A stretch of 64,000 bases of DNA from Candidatus Omnitrophota bacterium (GCA_043808095.1 JAZDFF010000011.1:48030-112029), one strand, 5' to 3'; positions 48,896 to 59,471 are shown, numbered from the stretch's first letter. Numbers and translations: made by a program. The notes: generated by a model from the letters alone, not told the origin.

Positions 48896-48919
48896 TGGCT
48901 CCCCCGCGAGGACTCGAAC
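48896..48919 (-). mobile_element. tRNA 3'-end fragment (T-loop to CCA; Asn-like), probable att relic of an integrated element
   Basis: GTTCGAGTCCTCGCGGGGGAGCCA; the 5' strand of the T-stem and the rest of the tRNA are absent. Confidence 0.65.
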
Positions 48920-49005
48920 TAATACTTAATCCTGTTTGTATTTATCGCTCTAACCTTAATTATACTTAACCCTTCTTAACCGGGCTTAATCCTTCTAACT
49001 TGATA

Positions 49006-51186
49006 TTACTTTTCTGATTCAATTATTTGTGGCAACTCAGCAATAAGAGTATTTAAACGCTCTGTTTCTTGACGCATCTTCTCTATTAAGGCAGAACGCT
49101 TTGATTCATTATTTAGATTTTCCGGATTTAACAATTCCGAAGCTGTTTGAGAAATAGATGTTAACGGCTCAGTGAGTCCTGAGGAAAACGTAGTTAAAAG
49201 CAGATTACGTAGACGCTCATTCTCAATCCTAGATTCCGCATCAAGAGCTGCTGCAGCAAGCTGTGCACCTTCGACAGCCAAAGCAGTTTGATTGACGAAC
49301 ATCTCCAATATATGTAACTGTTCCGGGTCAACAAATTGTGTCTCCTGAGTCGGAAAAACTCCCAAAACTCCCACTGTTTTTTCTGCGCCAGTAAAAGGCA
49401 AGTACATACCGTTTGATCCGGGCAGAGTATCTGTACCCTTACCTGCGGATTTCTTATGCTCAAATACCCATTGTGCAACAGCCACCTCATTTGAATCTAG
49501 CGCTAATTGTACAACTTCACCAAACCGGGCTTCCAGCCTCTTGTTTTTATCCGGCACAAAAATAACTGCTCTGCACTTAAAAAAATCTTCGATATGCGAA
49601 AGTGCAATCTTAAACAATTCATCGGGATAAGAACTTTTTGAAAGCTCGTGGCTTAAGGCATAAAGCGTTTTAGTTCGGTCTTCACGAATCCCCATGTTAA
49701 TAGTTTGGCGCCTAAGTTGCCCAGTTAAATGCGCTATCATAAGACCAACGCCCAGCATCACTATAAATGTAAAAACATACTCAACATCTGCTACCGCAAA
49801 AGTAAAATATGGCCGCACAAAAAAGAAATCAAAAAATAAGACACTAAAAAACGATGCTATCATTGATATCCGGCGTCCATACCGGAAAGCAATCCAAGTT
49901 ACGCCAAGAAGGTAAACCATAATCAAATTAACTAGCGATAAGTGCAACAAAAGCAGAATCCAGTCAACTAAAGTACAAATAATAACAACGCCAATAGCCA
50001 GCCCCAGATTTTTCCAAGAAAAAGGAATCAAGGCAGGCGGCTTAAATTTAACCGGCTGCTCCTGGGTATCCCCGCTCAACAAATACAGATCAATGTCCTG
50101 GCATTTACGGGCTAATTTGTCAAATATTGAACCGAAAATCAATTCACGCAGCTTTGGTTTTCCAGGCTTTCCAATGATTATCTTTGTTACATTTTTTGAG
50201 CGGGCGTATGAAATTAATGTCTCTACGATATCCTGACCACTAAGCGTTACAATTTGAGCGCCCAATTTTTCCGCAAAATTAAGCATCTCGGACACCCTGT
50301 TTTTATCTTCCGGACGCAATTCGGCAAGAGGTTCAACATATGCCACGATCCACTCTACTCCCAAATCTAAAGCGATACGCTTACCCGCTCTGATTAATCC
50401 CATCGCAGAGGGGCTCGGACTTATACAGACCAAAAATCTATCCCTCACATTCCAAACTTTTGAAACAGCGTGTTCTTTTTTATATGACATCAATTTACTG
50501 TCAACATTGCGCTCTGTATAGCGCAGGGCCAATTGACGCAAAGCAATCAAATTACCCGGCTGGAAGAAATGTTCTGTTGCCGCTTGAGCTTGTTCACCAA
50601 GATATACCTTTCCTTCTTTTAACCGTTTGAGAAGCTCTTCGGTAGGAAGATCCACTAGCTCTATTTCGTCAGCCTGTTCGATAAATGTATCAGGAATAGT
50701 TTCGCGTACGATAACGCCGGTTACCTGAGCCACAATATCGTTGGCGCTTTCGCAATGCTGGACATTTAAGGTAGTATATACATCAATGCCTTGGTCGAGA
50801 AGTTCTTGGACGTCTTGCCAGCGTTTTGGATGACGAGAACCGGGAGCATTGGTATGTGCTAATTCGTCCACTAAAATAAGCTTTGGTTTTCTCTTTAAAC
50901 CAGCATCAATATCAAATTCACGCAACTGAACATTTTTATAAGAGATGATTTTAGGCGGGAGTATTTCGAGGCTTTCCAAAAGCGCTTCAGTCTCAGCGCG
51001 TTTATGAGTTTCTACATATCCGACCACAACATCAATACCTTCTTTTTTGCAGGCCCTGGCGGCTTCAAGCATCGAATAAGTTTTTCCGACACCCGCGACT
51101 GCTCCAAAGAAAATCTTAAGTTTACCGCGCTGGCTCTCTTCGGCTTTAACCTTAGCTAAGATTACATCAGGATCTGGTCTTTCCAT
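49006..51186 (-). CDS. kdpD: KdpD-like sensor lacking the phospho-acceptor His and the HATPase domain
   Basis: GKLKIFFGAVAGVGKTY, LVDELAHTN, USP, 4 TM, GAF; DHp reads TFSSGLTEPL instead of SHDLRTPL and the protein stops ~50 aa later. Confidence 0.85.
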   Translation of the reverse strand: MERPDPDVILAKVKAEESQRGKLKIFFGAVAGVGKTYSMLEAARACKKEGIDVVVGYVETHKRAETEALLESLEILPPKIISYKNVQLREFDIDAGLKRKPKLILVDELAHTNAPGSRHPKRWQDVQELLDQGIDVYTTLNVQHCESANDIVAQVTGVIVRETIPDTFIEQADEIELVDLPTEELLKRLKEGKVYLGEQAQAATEHFFQPGNLIALRQLALRYTERNVDSKLMSYKKEHAVSKVWNVRDRFLVCISPSPSAMGLIRAGKRIALDLGVEWIVAYVEPLAELRPEDKNRVSEMLNFAEKLGAQIVTLSGQDIVETLISYARSKNVTKIIIGKPGKPKLRELIFGSIFDKLARKCQDIDLYLLSGDTQEQPVKFKPPALIPFSWKNLGLAIGVVIICTLVDWILLLLHLSLVNLIMVYLLGVTWIAFRYGRRISMIASFFSVLFFDFFFVRPYFTFAVADVEYVFTFIVMLGVGLMIAHLTGQLRRQTINMGIREDRTKTLYALSHELSKSSYPDELFKIALSHIEDFFKCRAVIFVPDKNKRLEARFGEVVQLALDSNEVAVAQWVFEHKKSAGKGTDTLPGSNGMYLPFTGAEKTVGVLGVFPTQETQFVDPEQLHILEMFVNQTALAVEGAQLAAAALDAESRIENERLRNLLLTTFSSGLTEPLTSISQTASELLNPENLNNESKRSALIEKMRQETERLNTLIAELPQIIESEK

Positions 51187-51223
51187 AAGTCTAATTATAC
51201 CTCATAAAATATGTCTATGTTAT

Positions 51224-51802
51224 TCATTTCTTATAAGCATCTAACGCTAAATTTAGTTCCAGCACATTTACAACCGGCTCCCCTATAATTCCAAATAAAC
51301 GCCCAGAAGTATGCTTGGCGATGAGAATCCTAATTGTATCTTGTGATAATCCCCTAAGCCGTGCAATACGCGGAGCCTGATAATACGCCGCCGCTAAACT
51401 AATATGCGGATCCAGCCCGCTTGCTGATGAAGTAACTAAGTCAACCGGTATAGGAGTTGTATTGTCAGAATCGGCTAGCCTTAAAGCTTTAATGCGCGCT
51501 TTCACTGCCTCAAGTAATACCGGATTAGACGGCCCTAGATTTGAGCCTGACGAAGAAGCTGCGTTAAAAGAAACAGGCGATGTCGCTGAAACACGACCCC
51601 AAAAATACTTGGGATCATTAAATGCCTGGCCGATAAGAGATGAACCAACCGGCTTACCGTTTCGGTAGATTAAACTGCCATTGGCTTGATTCCGAAAAAA
51701 TACTTGAGCAATCCCGGTAATAAAAAGCGGATAAATAATGCCTGTCATTATTGATAAAACTATAAAAATTAGAATCGCTTGTTTTATTTGTCCCTTAAAC
51801 AT
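51224..51802 (-). CDS. kdpC: K+-transporting ATPase subunit C
   Basis: QANGSL, GSSLIGQ.F, SSGSNLGPSN, SASGLDPHIS, VNVLELNLALD. Confidence 0.95.
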   Translation of the reverse strand: MFKGQIKQAILIFIVLSIMTGIIYPLFITGIAQVFFRNQANGSLIYRNGKPVGSSLIGQAFNDPKYFWGRVSATSPVSFNAASSSGSNLGPSNPVLLEAVKARIKALRLADSDNTTPIPVDLVTSSASGLDPHISLAAAYYQAPRIARLRGLSQDTIRILIAKHTSGRLFGIIGEPVVNVLELNLALDAYKK

Positions 51803-51810
51803 ATTTGTCC

Positions 51811-53889
51811 TTATCGAACTAAATGTAGTGCCACTAAAACCATATCAATCAATTTTATCCCTATAAATGGCGCAATAATTCCGCCAACTCCATAGATAAA
51901 TAAATTATCACGTAAAAGCCGGCTTGCCGGCATCGGCTTATAATGAATGCCTTTTAATGCTAGAGGAATAAGAAATATAATAATAAGCGCGTTAAATATG
52001 ACCGCAGACAGAACCGCACTCCCAGGCGTAGACAAATGCATAATATTAAGTGCGCCAAGTGCCGGATATGTTCCTACAAAGGCAGCCGGTATAATAGCAA
52101 AGTACTTAGAGACATCGTTAGCGATACTAAATGTCGTAAGTGAGCCGCGGGTCATAAGAAGCTGCTTGCCAATTTCAACGATCTCAATAAGCTTTGTGGG
52201 ATTAGAATCAAGATCAACCATATTCCCAGCTTCCTTTGCAGCCTGCGTTCCGGTATTCATAGCAACAGCTACATCAGCCTGCGCAAGAGCGGGCGCGTCA
52301 TTTGTCCCGTCACCGGTCATTGCAACAAGCCTGCCCCTTTCCTGCATTTTACGTATATATTTAAGCTTGGTTTCAGGTGTGGCTTGCGCCAGAAAATCAT
52401 CCATACCGGCTTCAGCGGCAATTGCTGCGGCAGTCAAAGGATTATCTCCTGTAATCATTACGGTTTTAATACCCATACGCCTGAGTTCGGCAAAACGCTC
52501 TTTAATGCCGCCCTTAATAATGTCTTTTAGCTGAATTACCCCAAGCACATTATTATGTTCTGCGACAACCAAAGGTGTCCCCCCGCTTTTAGATATGGAA
52601 TCAATAGATGCCTTTAAATCTTCGGGAAATAAACCGTTGAGTTTCTTTACATAATCTTCGATAGCATCAACTGCTCCTTTTCTGATTTGCCTGCCATCGC
52701 CTAAATTAACTCCGCTCATCCGCGTTTGTGCCGAAAAGGGAATAAAATGTGCGCTAAGTTCATGAATTTGGCGCTCCCTGATGCCGTATTTCTCTTTAGC
52801 CAATACTACAATGCTCCTTCCTTCGGGAGTTTCGTCTGACAAGGAAGCAAGCTGAGCTGCATCGGCCAACGCTTCAGCACTAATTCCCTGAGACGGAAAA
52901 AAAGCTACCGCTTGTCTATTACCAAGTGTGATTGTTCCAGTTTTATCCAAAAGTAATACGTCCACATCTCCGGCTGCTTCTACTGCCCGACCCGATGTAG
53001 CGATGATATTTGCTTGAATCATCCTATCCATGCCAGCGATACCTATAGCAGACAACAATCCTCCAATAGTAGTAGGAATAAGACATACAAGCAATGCAAC
53101 TAATACCGTTACTGTAATAGGCTGGCCTTGACCGGCTGCGTTTACGCTATAAAGAGAAAATGGCAATAGCGTTGCTGTGGCTAAAAGAAAAATAAGCGTA
53201 AAAACTGCCAAAAGGATGCTAAGCGCGATTTCATTGGGAGTCTTCTGCCTTTTTGCTCCTTCAACCATCGCAATCATATGATCAAGGAATGTCTCTCCCG
53301 GATTAGAAGTGATACGGACCACAAGCCAGTCCGAAAGCACTTTTGTTCCGCCGGTAACAGCGCTGCGGTCTCCTCCGCTTTCGCGTATAACCGGAGCGCT
53401 CTCTCCAGTAATTGCGCTTTCGTCAACAGAAGCCACTCCCTCGATTACATCTCCATCCATTGGGATAATGTCGCCTGCCTCAACGAGAATAACATCTCCT
53501 TTGCGAAGTGTAGTAGCAGATACTTTCTCCTGAGCGGAGCCATAATTTGGCTTTAAAAGTTTTCTAGCAATAGTATCCTTGCGGGCTTTTCTTAAACTCT
53601 CAGCCTGAGCTTTTCCGCGGCCTTCAGCCATAGCTTCGGCAAAATTGGCAAAAATAAGGGTAAACCACAACCAAAGTGTTATAGCTAATATAAAACCTGC
53701 GGGAGCTTCCCCACGCCCCATTAAGGCTTGGAAATATAAACCCGTAGTCAAAAGACTCCCCACTAAAACTACAAACATTACGGGATTTTTAATCTGATGT
53801 CGGGGATCTAATTTTTTTATTGAATTGACGGCTGCCGGCCCACAAATAGCCGGATCAAATAAAGATTTAGCTTTATGTGATTTACTCAT
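51811..53889 (-). CDS. kdpB: K+-transporting ATPase subunit B
   Basis: [18 protein letters not shown]. Confidence 0.96.
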   Translation of the reverse strand: MSKSHKAKSLFDPAICGPAAVNSIKKLDPRHQIKNPVMFVVLVGSLLTTGLYFQALMGRGEAPAGFILAITLWLWFTLIFANFAEAMAEGRGKAQAESLRKARKDTIARKLLKPNYGSAQEKVSATTLRKGDVILVEAGDIIPMDGDVIEGVASVDESAITGESAPVIRESGGDRSAVTGGTKVLSDWLVVRITSNPGETFLDHMIAMVEGAKRQKTPNEIALSILLAVFTLIFLLATATLLPFSLYSVNAAGQGQPITVTVLVALLVCLIPTTIGGLLSAIGIAGMDRMIQANIIATSGRAVEAAGDVDVLLLDKTGTITLGNRQAVAFFPSQGISAEALADAAQLASLSDETPEGRSIVVLAKEKYGIRERQIHELSAHFIPFSAQTRMSGVNLGDGRQIRKGAVDAIEDYVKKLNGLFPEDLKASIDSISKSGGTPLVVAEHNNVLGVIQLKDIIKGGIKERFAELRRMGIKTVMITGDNPLTAAAIAAEAGMDDFLAQATPETKLKYIRKMQERGRLVAMTGDGTNDAPALAQADVAVAMNTGTQAAKEAGNMVDLDSNPTKLIEIVEIGKQLLMTRGSLTTFSIANDVSKYFAIIPAAFVGTYPALGALNIMHLSTPGSAVLSAVIFNALIIIFLIPLALKGIHYKPMPASRLLRDNLFIYGVGGIIAPFIGIKLIDMVLVALHLVR

Positions 53890-53897
53890 AAAAACTC

Positions 53898-55643
53898 CTA
53901 AATACTGCGCAACATAAGATGCTCAACAATCGGTCCCAAAGCCAAAGCCGGAAAAAATGTAAGCGCTCCAACGATTAAAATAACCATAACTAAAAATATA
54001 ATAAAAAGCGGCGTATGCGTAGGTAGTGTCCCTGGACTTGCCGGAACAATCTTTTTCTTGGAAAGCGAACCTGCTATGGCTAGCATCGGTATGGCCAGCC
54101 AGTATCTAGCAAAAAACATTGCTAATCCTTGGGCTATATTATAAAAAAGATTATTAGTAGATAATCCAGCAAACGCACTCCCATTGTTATTACTTGCCGA
54201 TGAAAAAGCATATAATATTTCACTAAATCCGTGAGGCCCGGGATTTAAAATCGAGTTTTTCCCTGCGGGCACAATAACTGAAATTGCTGTGCCTATAAGA
54301 ACAAGTATAGGCGGTATTAAAATCATAAGTGAAGCCATTTTCATTTCGTAGCTTTCGATTTTCTTACCTAAATATTCGGGAGTCCTGCCAATCATAAGTC
54401 CGGAAATAAAAACAGCAATAATTACAAAAGCGATCATGCCATAAAGACCGGAACCAACTCCGCCAAAGATTACTTCTCCTAATTGCATAAGCCACATCGG
54501 AATCATTCCACCCAGAGGCATATAAGAATCGTGCATTGAATTTACCGAACCATTGGATGCCGCGGTTGTAGCCGTTGCCCAAATAGCAGAATTTACTATT
54601 CCAAAACGCGCTTCCTTCCCTTCCATGTTACCACCAGCCTGAGATGTTGAATAATTTTGATCAATACCGAGATTGTTAAACAATGGGTTTCCTTTTTGCT
54701 CGAAATGAATACATGTCCATAGGCAAGGAATAAAAATAATCAACATCGCAATTAACAACGCCCAACCTTGTCGACGGTCTCTAACCATATACCCGAACGT
54801 ATAACATAATGCAGCAGCTATTAAAAGTATGGCCAAAACTTCCAGAAAGTTTGACAAAGGCGTGGGGTTCTCAAAAGGATGAGCAGAATTGACATTAAAG
54901 AACCCGCCCCCATTAGTGCCTAGTTGTTTAATGGCAACCTGCGATGCAGCAGGGCCTAAAGCAATTACTTGTTCTGTAACAGCCTTTCCATCCGTATCTT
55001 TCGAAACCTCAAGCAAGGCTACTTTTGCGCCAGGTTTAAAAGTCTGGACAACCCCTTGAGATACTAAAATAAAAGACAGAAGTAATGCGAGAGGAATTAA
55101 AATATAAAGTACGGATCTAACCAAATCTACCCAAAAGTTACCGATTGTTTCTGCCTGTTTCTGGATAAATCCCCTGATTGAAGCTACAAGAATTGCCATA
55201 CCCGTTGCCGCAGAAACAAAGTTTTGCACAGTTAACCCAAGCATCTGCGTAAAATAACTCAAAGTTGTTTCGCCACCGTAACTTTGCCAATTTGTATTAG
55301 TTGCAAAACTTACCGCCGTATTAAAGGCCAAGTCTGGCTTAACCGCAGGCATAGACATGGGGTTCAAAATAAAGTGCGCTTGAAAACGCTGAAGGGCGTA
55401 TACAACAATTATACCTATAATATTAAACAGCATCATGCTAACGGCATAAGTTTTCCAGGACATTTCTTGTTCGGGTTTAACTCCACAGGTTCGGTAAATT
55501 AACTTTTCTAACCATACAAACCAAACATTTAAACCTGCCGGCTTGCCTTCGTAAATTCGCGCCATATAAATCCCGAGCGGCTTAACCATAAAAAGCAATA
55601 CAGCAATATAGACGGTGCTTTGAATGAGATTATTCCAATTCAT
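53898..55643 (-). CDS. kdpA: K+-transporting ATPase subunit A
   Basis: [28 protein letters not shown]. Confidence 0.96.
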   Translation of the reverse strand: MNWNNLIQSTVYIAVLLFMVKPLGIYMARIYEGKPAGLNVWFVWLEKLIYRTCGVKPEQEMSWKTYAVSMMLFNIIGIIVVYALQRFQAHFILNPMSMPAVKPDLAFNTAVSFATNTNWQSYGGETTLSYFTQMLGLTVQNFVSAATGMAILVASIRGFIQKQAETIGNFWVDLVRSVLYILIPLALLLSFILVSQGVVQTFKPGAKVALLEVSKDTDGKAVTEQVIALGPAASQVAIKQLGTNGGGFFNVNSAHPFENPTPLSNFLEVLAILLIAAALCYTFGYMVRDRRQGWALLIAMLIIFIPCLWTCIHFEQKGNPLFNNLGIDQNYSTSQAGGNMEGKEARFGIVNSAIWATATTAASNGSVNSMHDSYMPLGGMIPMWLMQLGEVIFGGVGSGLYGMIAFVIIAVFISGLMIGRTPEYLGKKIESYEMKMASLMILIPPILVLIGTAISVIVPAGKNSILNPGPHGFSEILYAFSSASNNNGSAFAGLSTNNLFYNIAQGLAMFFARYWLAIPMLAIAGSLSKKKIVPASPGTLPTHTPLFIIFLVMVILIVGALTFFPALALGPIVEHLMLRSI

Positions 55644-56640
55644 GAGAAAATCTCCATTACAAAATATCCTTTTCTTCTATTATCTTCATCTCAACAATTT
55701 CGTCCATTCCTTTTACCAACGCTGTCGCTTTTTCTTTTCCTAAGACAAAAATGGCGGTACTCATCGCATCCGCTGCAGTTGTGGTATCAGCTACGATAGT
55801 TACAGAAACAATCCCATTATCAACCGGATAGCCTGTTTTAGGATTTATGATATGGCTGTAACGTTTCCCGTTAAGCATAAAAAATTGCTCGTAGTCACCT
55901 GATGTGGCTACTGCCTGGTTTTCAAGATCCAAAGGATAGAGTATCTGGCCAGGATTGCGTGGATGACGTATGGCCACTCGCCATTTACGGTTTCCTCTCC
56001 TGCCCAAACAGTAGATATCACCGCTTAAGTTTACCATTGCCGAGGTTATTCCCAAAGACTTAAGACGGCCGACGGCTTTATCGACTGCGTATCCCTGAGC
56101 AATTCCTCCCAAGTCAATTGCCATACCTGGCTGCATAAACGTAATCAAAGATGTTGTTTCATCAATTGAAATTTTTTCCGAGCCAATGAGCGGCAACTTT
56201 GCGTAGATATCATGAGAAGGAGGCAACGATACTTGCGTTTTTTCCTCCTGCGCCTCTTTGATTTTTTGTTTCCATATATCAGCCACGGGACTAACGGTAA
56301 TATCAAATGCATCGTTACTGAGCTTGTGGTATTTAAGCGAATTTTTCACCAGGGCCATCATATCGCCTGATGCCTTGAGGGTTCCCATTCTGTTCAGTTG
56401 CGATATTTCTGATGAGGGGTCAAAATTACTGGCTATTGCCTCGATCTTGCTTATCTCCTCAAACGCAGCATTAATTGCGTCTTTATCCTGGCAGGTAATT
56501 TCTGCAAACGTCCCCATTACAATACGAGTCTCTGTATAGTAAGGTCTGGAACAACCGAATAATCCAAACCACAGGACCAAGAGAATCGAAATCCTAAAAA
56601 AGAAACATCGGAAACTATTAATCCTCATGAGAAAATCTCC
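55640..56640. repeat. Perfect 16-bp direct repeats TCATGAGAAAATCTCC flanking apbE
   Basis: Copies at 55640-55655 and 56625-56640. Confidence 0.85.
55657..56628 (-). CDS. apbE: FAD:protein FMN transferase (ApbE) lipoprotein
   Basis: Lipobox LFGC, MGT, FDITV.P, DLGGIAQGYAVD, ATSGDYE, HIINP.TG, ADAMST. Confidence 0.92.
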   Translation of the reverse strand: MRINSFRCFFFRISILLVLWFGLFGCSRPYYTETRIVMGTFAEITCQDKDAINAAFEEISKIEAIASNFDPSSEISQLNRMGTLKASGDMMALVKNSLKYHKLSNDAFDITVSPVADIWKQKIKEAQEEKTQVSLPPSHDIYAKLPLIGSEKISIDETTSLITFMQPGMAIDLGGIAQGYAVDKAVGRLKSLGITSAMVNLSGDIYCLGRRGNRKWRVAIRHPRNPGQILYPLDLENQAVATSGDYEQFFMLNGKRYSHIINPKTGYPVDNGIVSVTIVADTTTAADAMSTAIFVLGKEKATALVKGMDEIVEMKIIEEKDIL

Positions 56641-56717
56641 GGTTTCAGAAGGGCAATCAAAAGATAAATCAGTAAAAGTACTGAAACAATACTACCAATC
56701 CAATAAATAGCTGGCAT
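56625..56717 (-). CDS. kdpF: K+-transporting ATPase subunit F
   Basis: MPAIYWIGSIVSVLLLIYLLIALLKPEIFS* (YL..ALL.PE.F motif); GGAGG SD. Confidence 0.85.
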   Translation of the reverse strand: MPAIYWIGSIVSVLLLIYLLIALLKPEIFS

Positions 56718-56729
56718 GCGATAGGCCTC

Positions 56730-56810
56730 CTATACCTTACTACACAGAATAATGAACGCAAAAGAAGTTATGGCTAAACCTATTATTATAATTACTAAAA
56801 GAATATCCAT
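56730..56810 (-). CDS. Small hydrophobic peptide preceding kdpF
   Basis: MDILLVIIIIGLAITSFAFIILCSKV*; GAGGAG SD. Confidence 0.6.
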   Translation of the reverse strand: MDILLVIIIIGLAITSFAFIILCSKV

Positions 56811-56821
56811 CGCCCGCTCCT

Positions 56822-56849
56822 CAAAAAAACCAAAGAACGCTTTCTCTGG
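56822..56849 (-). terminator. Intrinsic terminator, expression platform of the riboswitch
   Basis: CCAGAGAA-AGCG-TTCTTTGG followed by T7. Confidence 0.7.
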
Positions 56850-56864
56850 TGTGTTCTCTCTACT

Positions 56865-57012
56865 GGCCTACGAGGTTAGCTGTCGGGCTCGGGTCGAGCA
56901 ACCCTAATCTGATATTACTAGATATTCGCCCCAAGATCACAACTTGATCAGATTCTTGGGTTCCCCGCTATCTTTTTAGGTTTGAAATATCACCCAAAAA
57001 GAGATTAAGCTT
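56865..57012 (-). ncRNA. c-di-AMP (ydaO/yuaA) riboswitch
   Basis: GCTTAATC...GCGGGGAACCCA...TTGGGGCGAAT...TAGGG...CCCGAGCCCGACAGCTAACCTCGTAGGC; upstream of kdp; promoter TTGACA-N16-TATATT at 57023-57050. Confidence 0.88.
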
Positions 57013-57142
57013 ATTGAAATTAAATATAGCGCAATTAATCCTTTTGTCAAGTTTGATCACTCGCTAGTTAAGCAAGATGTTCACGCTCAAAACGCCCTGA
57101 AGTGACTCACCATAAAATACTCTCTCTAAACAGGCAGGACAA

Positions 57143-57811
57143 CTATTGAAGTTTTTCTGGATGATGCCTTATAACTTCTGCTTGAACCATGTAGATCACG
57201 TCTTCTGCGATATTTGTAGTGTGATCGCATATCCTTTCTAAAAACCGAGCTATCAATAACAACTGAACTGCTCTCGGAGCCGAAGAGCCGTCCTTTACCA
57301 TATAATCCTCAACAAGCTCTTTCTGTATCATATTTCTTAGCTGATCGGCTTCGGAATCAGATAATAAGACTTTTTTAGCTAAAGCGATATCTCCTTTCAC
57401 AAATGAATCTATGGACATCTTTACCATGTTTTGAGCGACAGCTGCTAGCTTAGGTATATCAATCAATGGTTTTAATAGGGGCTTATCCACTATCTCTAAA
57501 GTACGCTGAGCTATATCCACCGCAATATCAGCTATCCTTTCGAGTTCGGCATTTATCTTCATACCAGTTGTGATAAAACGAAGGTCTTTGGCCATTGGCT
57601 GGTGTCGTGCTATCAAATCTATACATTTCTCATCTATCGCCAATTCCAATTTATCAATATTGGTATCGTTGTCTATAACGCCCTTAGCCATTATCTTATC
57701 TCGATTTTTGAGTGCTTCAATAGATTTATAGATTGCCTCTTCTGCAAAGGCTCCCATCTTCAAAATATCTTTATTCAGTTCTTTTAACTCTTGGTCAAAA
57801 TGTCTTTCCAT
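57143..57811 (-). CDS. phoU: Phosphate signalling protein PhoU
   Basis: QPMAKDLR, ELERIAD, ARFLERICDH. Confidence 0.93.
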   Translation of the reverse strand: MERHFDQELKELNKDILKMGAFAEEAIYKSIEALKNRDKIMAKGVIDNDTNIDKLELAIDEKCIDLIARHQPMAKDLRFITTGMKINAELERIADIAVDIAQRTLEIVDKPLLKPLIDIPKLAAVAQNMVKMSIDSFVKGDIALAKKVLLSDSEADQLRNMIQKELVEDYMVKDGSSAPRAVQLLLIARFLERICDHTTNIAEDVIYMVQAEVIRHHPEKLQ

Positions 57812-57903
57812 CTTAAACCTCCTGATTTTTACTCCGTAAAAATCATCCCGAAGTCTGCGAACGCAATTTCGAGGAAATTGCGGAGCGCTTAGACAAGGGA
57901 GAT

Positions 57904-58659
57904 TTATCCATACCTTCCAGTAATGTAATCTTCTGTACGTTTATCGTGCGGCGCTGTAAATAATTCTTGGGTCTTACCAAACTCTATTAACTCACCTAAG
58001 AGCATAAAGCCCGTATCATCAGAGACACGCGCTGCCTGTTGCATATTATGAGTAACTATTATTATAGTATAATTTGCTTTAAGTTCACGCATTAATTCCT
58101 CAATCCTTGCTGTAGCCTGCGGATCCAAAGCAGAGCATGACTCATCCATTAACAATACATCGGGCTTAACCGCAATAAGCCTGGCAATACACAATCTTTG
58201 CCTTTGCTCTAACGATAACCGTAAGGCAAACTCATTTAACCTGTCTTTTAAGTCATCCCATAAGAGGACACTTTTTAAACTTTTCTCGACAACCTCATCT
58301 AGGGCATCGCGTTTTACATTATCACCGTGGATCTTTTCCCCGAAAACAATGTTTTCATAAATCGAAAGTGGAAATGGGTTTGGCCGCTGGAATACCATTC
58401 CTACCTTCTTCCTCAATGTTACTAAATCTGTGTGGGAATTAAGAATATTTTTACCGTCAATCAAGACTTCGCCTTCAGTACGTACGCCTTCGATTAAATC
58501 ATTCATGCGGTTAAAAACCCTAAGCAAGGTAGACTTGCCGCATCCGGAAGGCCCGATGATAGCAGTAATCCTATTCGCTTCGAAGGCCGAGTTTATATCC
58601 TTCAAAGCATGAAAACTACCGTACCAGAAATTTAGGTTTTTAGTTATTATCTTTGCCAG
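57904..58659 (-). CDS. pstB: Phosphate ABC transporter ATPase (second copy; probable CTG start, degenerate signature)
   Basis: Frame extends upstream as [25 protein letters not shown] with AAGGAG SD; GPSGCGKS; signature LSLEQRQR; [10 protein letters not shown]. Confidence 0.88.
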   Translation of the reverse strand: MAKIITKNLNFWYGSFHALKDINSAFEANRITAIIGPSGCGKSTLLRVFNRMNDLIEGVRTEGEVLIDGKNILNSHTDLVTLRKKVGMVFQRPNPFPLSIYENIVFGEKIHGDNVKRDALDEVVEKSLKSVLLWDDLKDRLNEFALRLSLEQRQRLCIARLIAVKPDVLLMDESCSALDPQATARIEELMRELKANYTIIIVTHNMQQAARVSDDTGFMLLGELIEFGKTQELFTAPHDKRTEDYITGRYG

Positions 58660-58724
58660 TGGAGTCTCCTTTTTTCTGTCGTACTCCCTCCCCGTAGGGG
58701 AGAGCGAAGCCTCCCCGAAGGGGA

Positions 58725-59471
58725 TTAACCAAACTTTCCTCTAATATAACCATCCGTGCGTTTGTCCTTCGGAGCAGTAAAAATTATATCCGTTTTATCT
58801 ATTTCGATAAGTTCACCGCTTAAGAAAAAGGCTGTTCTATCTCCTACTCTTGCCGCCTGTTTTACATTATTAGTCACCAAAACGATAGTATATTTTTCTT
58901 TTATCTTGACCATGGCGTCTTCTACTTTGGCAGTAGAGATAGGGTCTAGTCCAGAGCAGGGTTCGTCAAACAAAATTACCTCCGGCTCAACCGCTAATGT
59001 CCTTGCAATGCAAAGACGTTGCTGCTGGCCGCCAGATAATTCGAAAGCTGATTCATCTAACCTATCCTTTACTTCTTCCCAGAGATATCCTTGTTTTAAC
59101 GCTTCTTCTACCTTCTCGGTGAGTCTCTTTTTATCTCTTACGCCATTCATCCTTAACCCGTAAGCCACATTATCAAAAATAGATAACGGAAGCGGCAAGG
59201 GCAGCGCAAATACCATGCCTACTTTACGGCGCAATGATTCTATATCCAGCCCACGAATATCTTTCCTCTCTAATTCTACCGCTCCGGATATCTTATAGCC
59301 TATAGTAAGATCATTCAGGCGATTTAGCGTTCTTAAGAAAGTCGTCTTTCCGCTATTTGAAGGCCCAATGATGCTTAAGATCTCGTTAGAATTGATCTCA
59401 ATATTAATATGCTTTACGGCATGCACGGCGCCAAACCATATGTTTAAATCGTGGGTTTCAAATTTTACCAT
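58725..59471 (-). CDS. pstB: Phosphate ABC transporter ATPase
   Basis: [30 protein letters not shown]. Confidence 0.9.
   Translation of the reverse strand: MVKFETHDLNIWFGAVHAVKHINIEINSNEILSIIGPSNSGKTTFLRTLNRLNDLTIGYKISGAVELERKDIRGLDIESLRRKVGMVFALPLPLPLSIFDNVAYGLRMNGVRDKKRLTEKVEEALKQGYLWEEVKDRLDESAFELSGGQQQRLCIARTLAVEPEVILFDEPCSGLDPISTAKVEDAMVKIKEKYTIVLVTNNVKQAARVGDRTAFFLSGELIEIDKTDIIFTAPKDKRTDGYIRGKFG

Noticed and set aside
48896-48990. Intact tRNA gene
   Set aside because: Only the T-loop-to-CCA 24 nt are present; no D or anticodon arm can be folded upstream.
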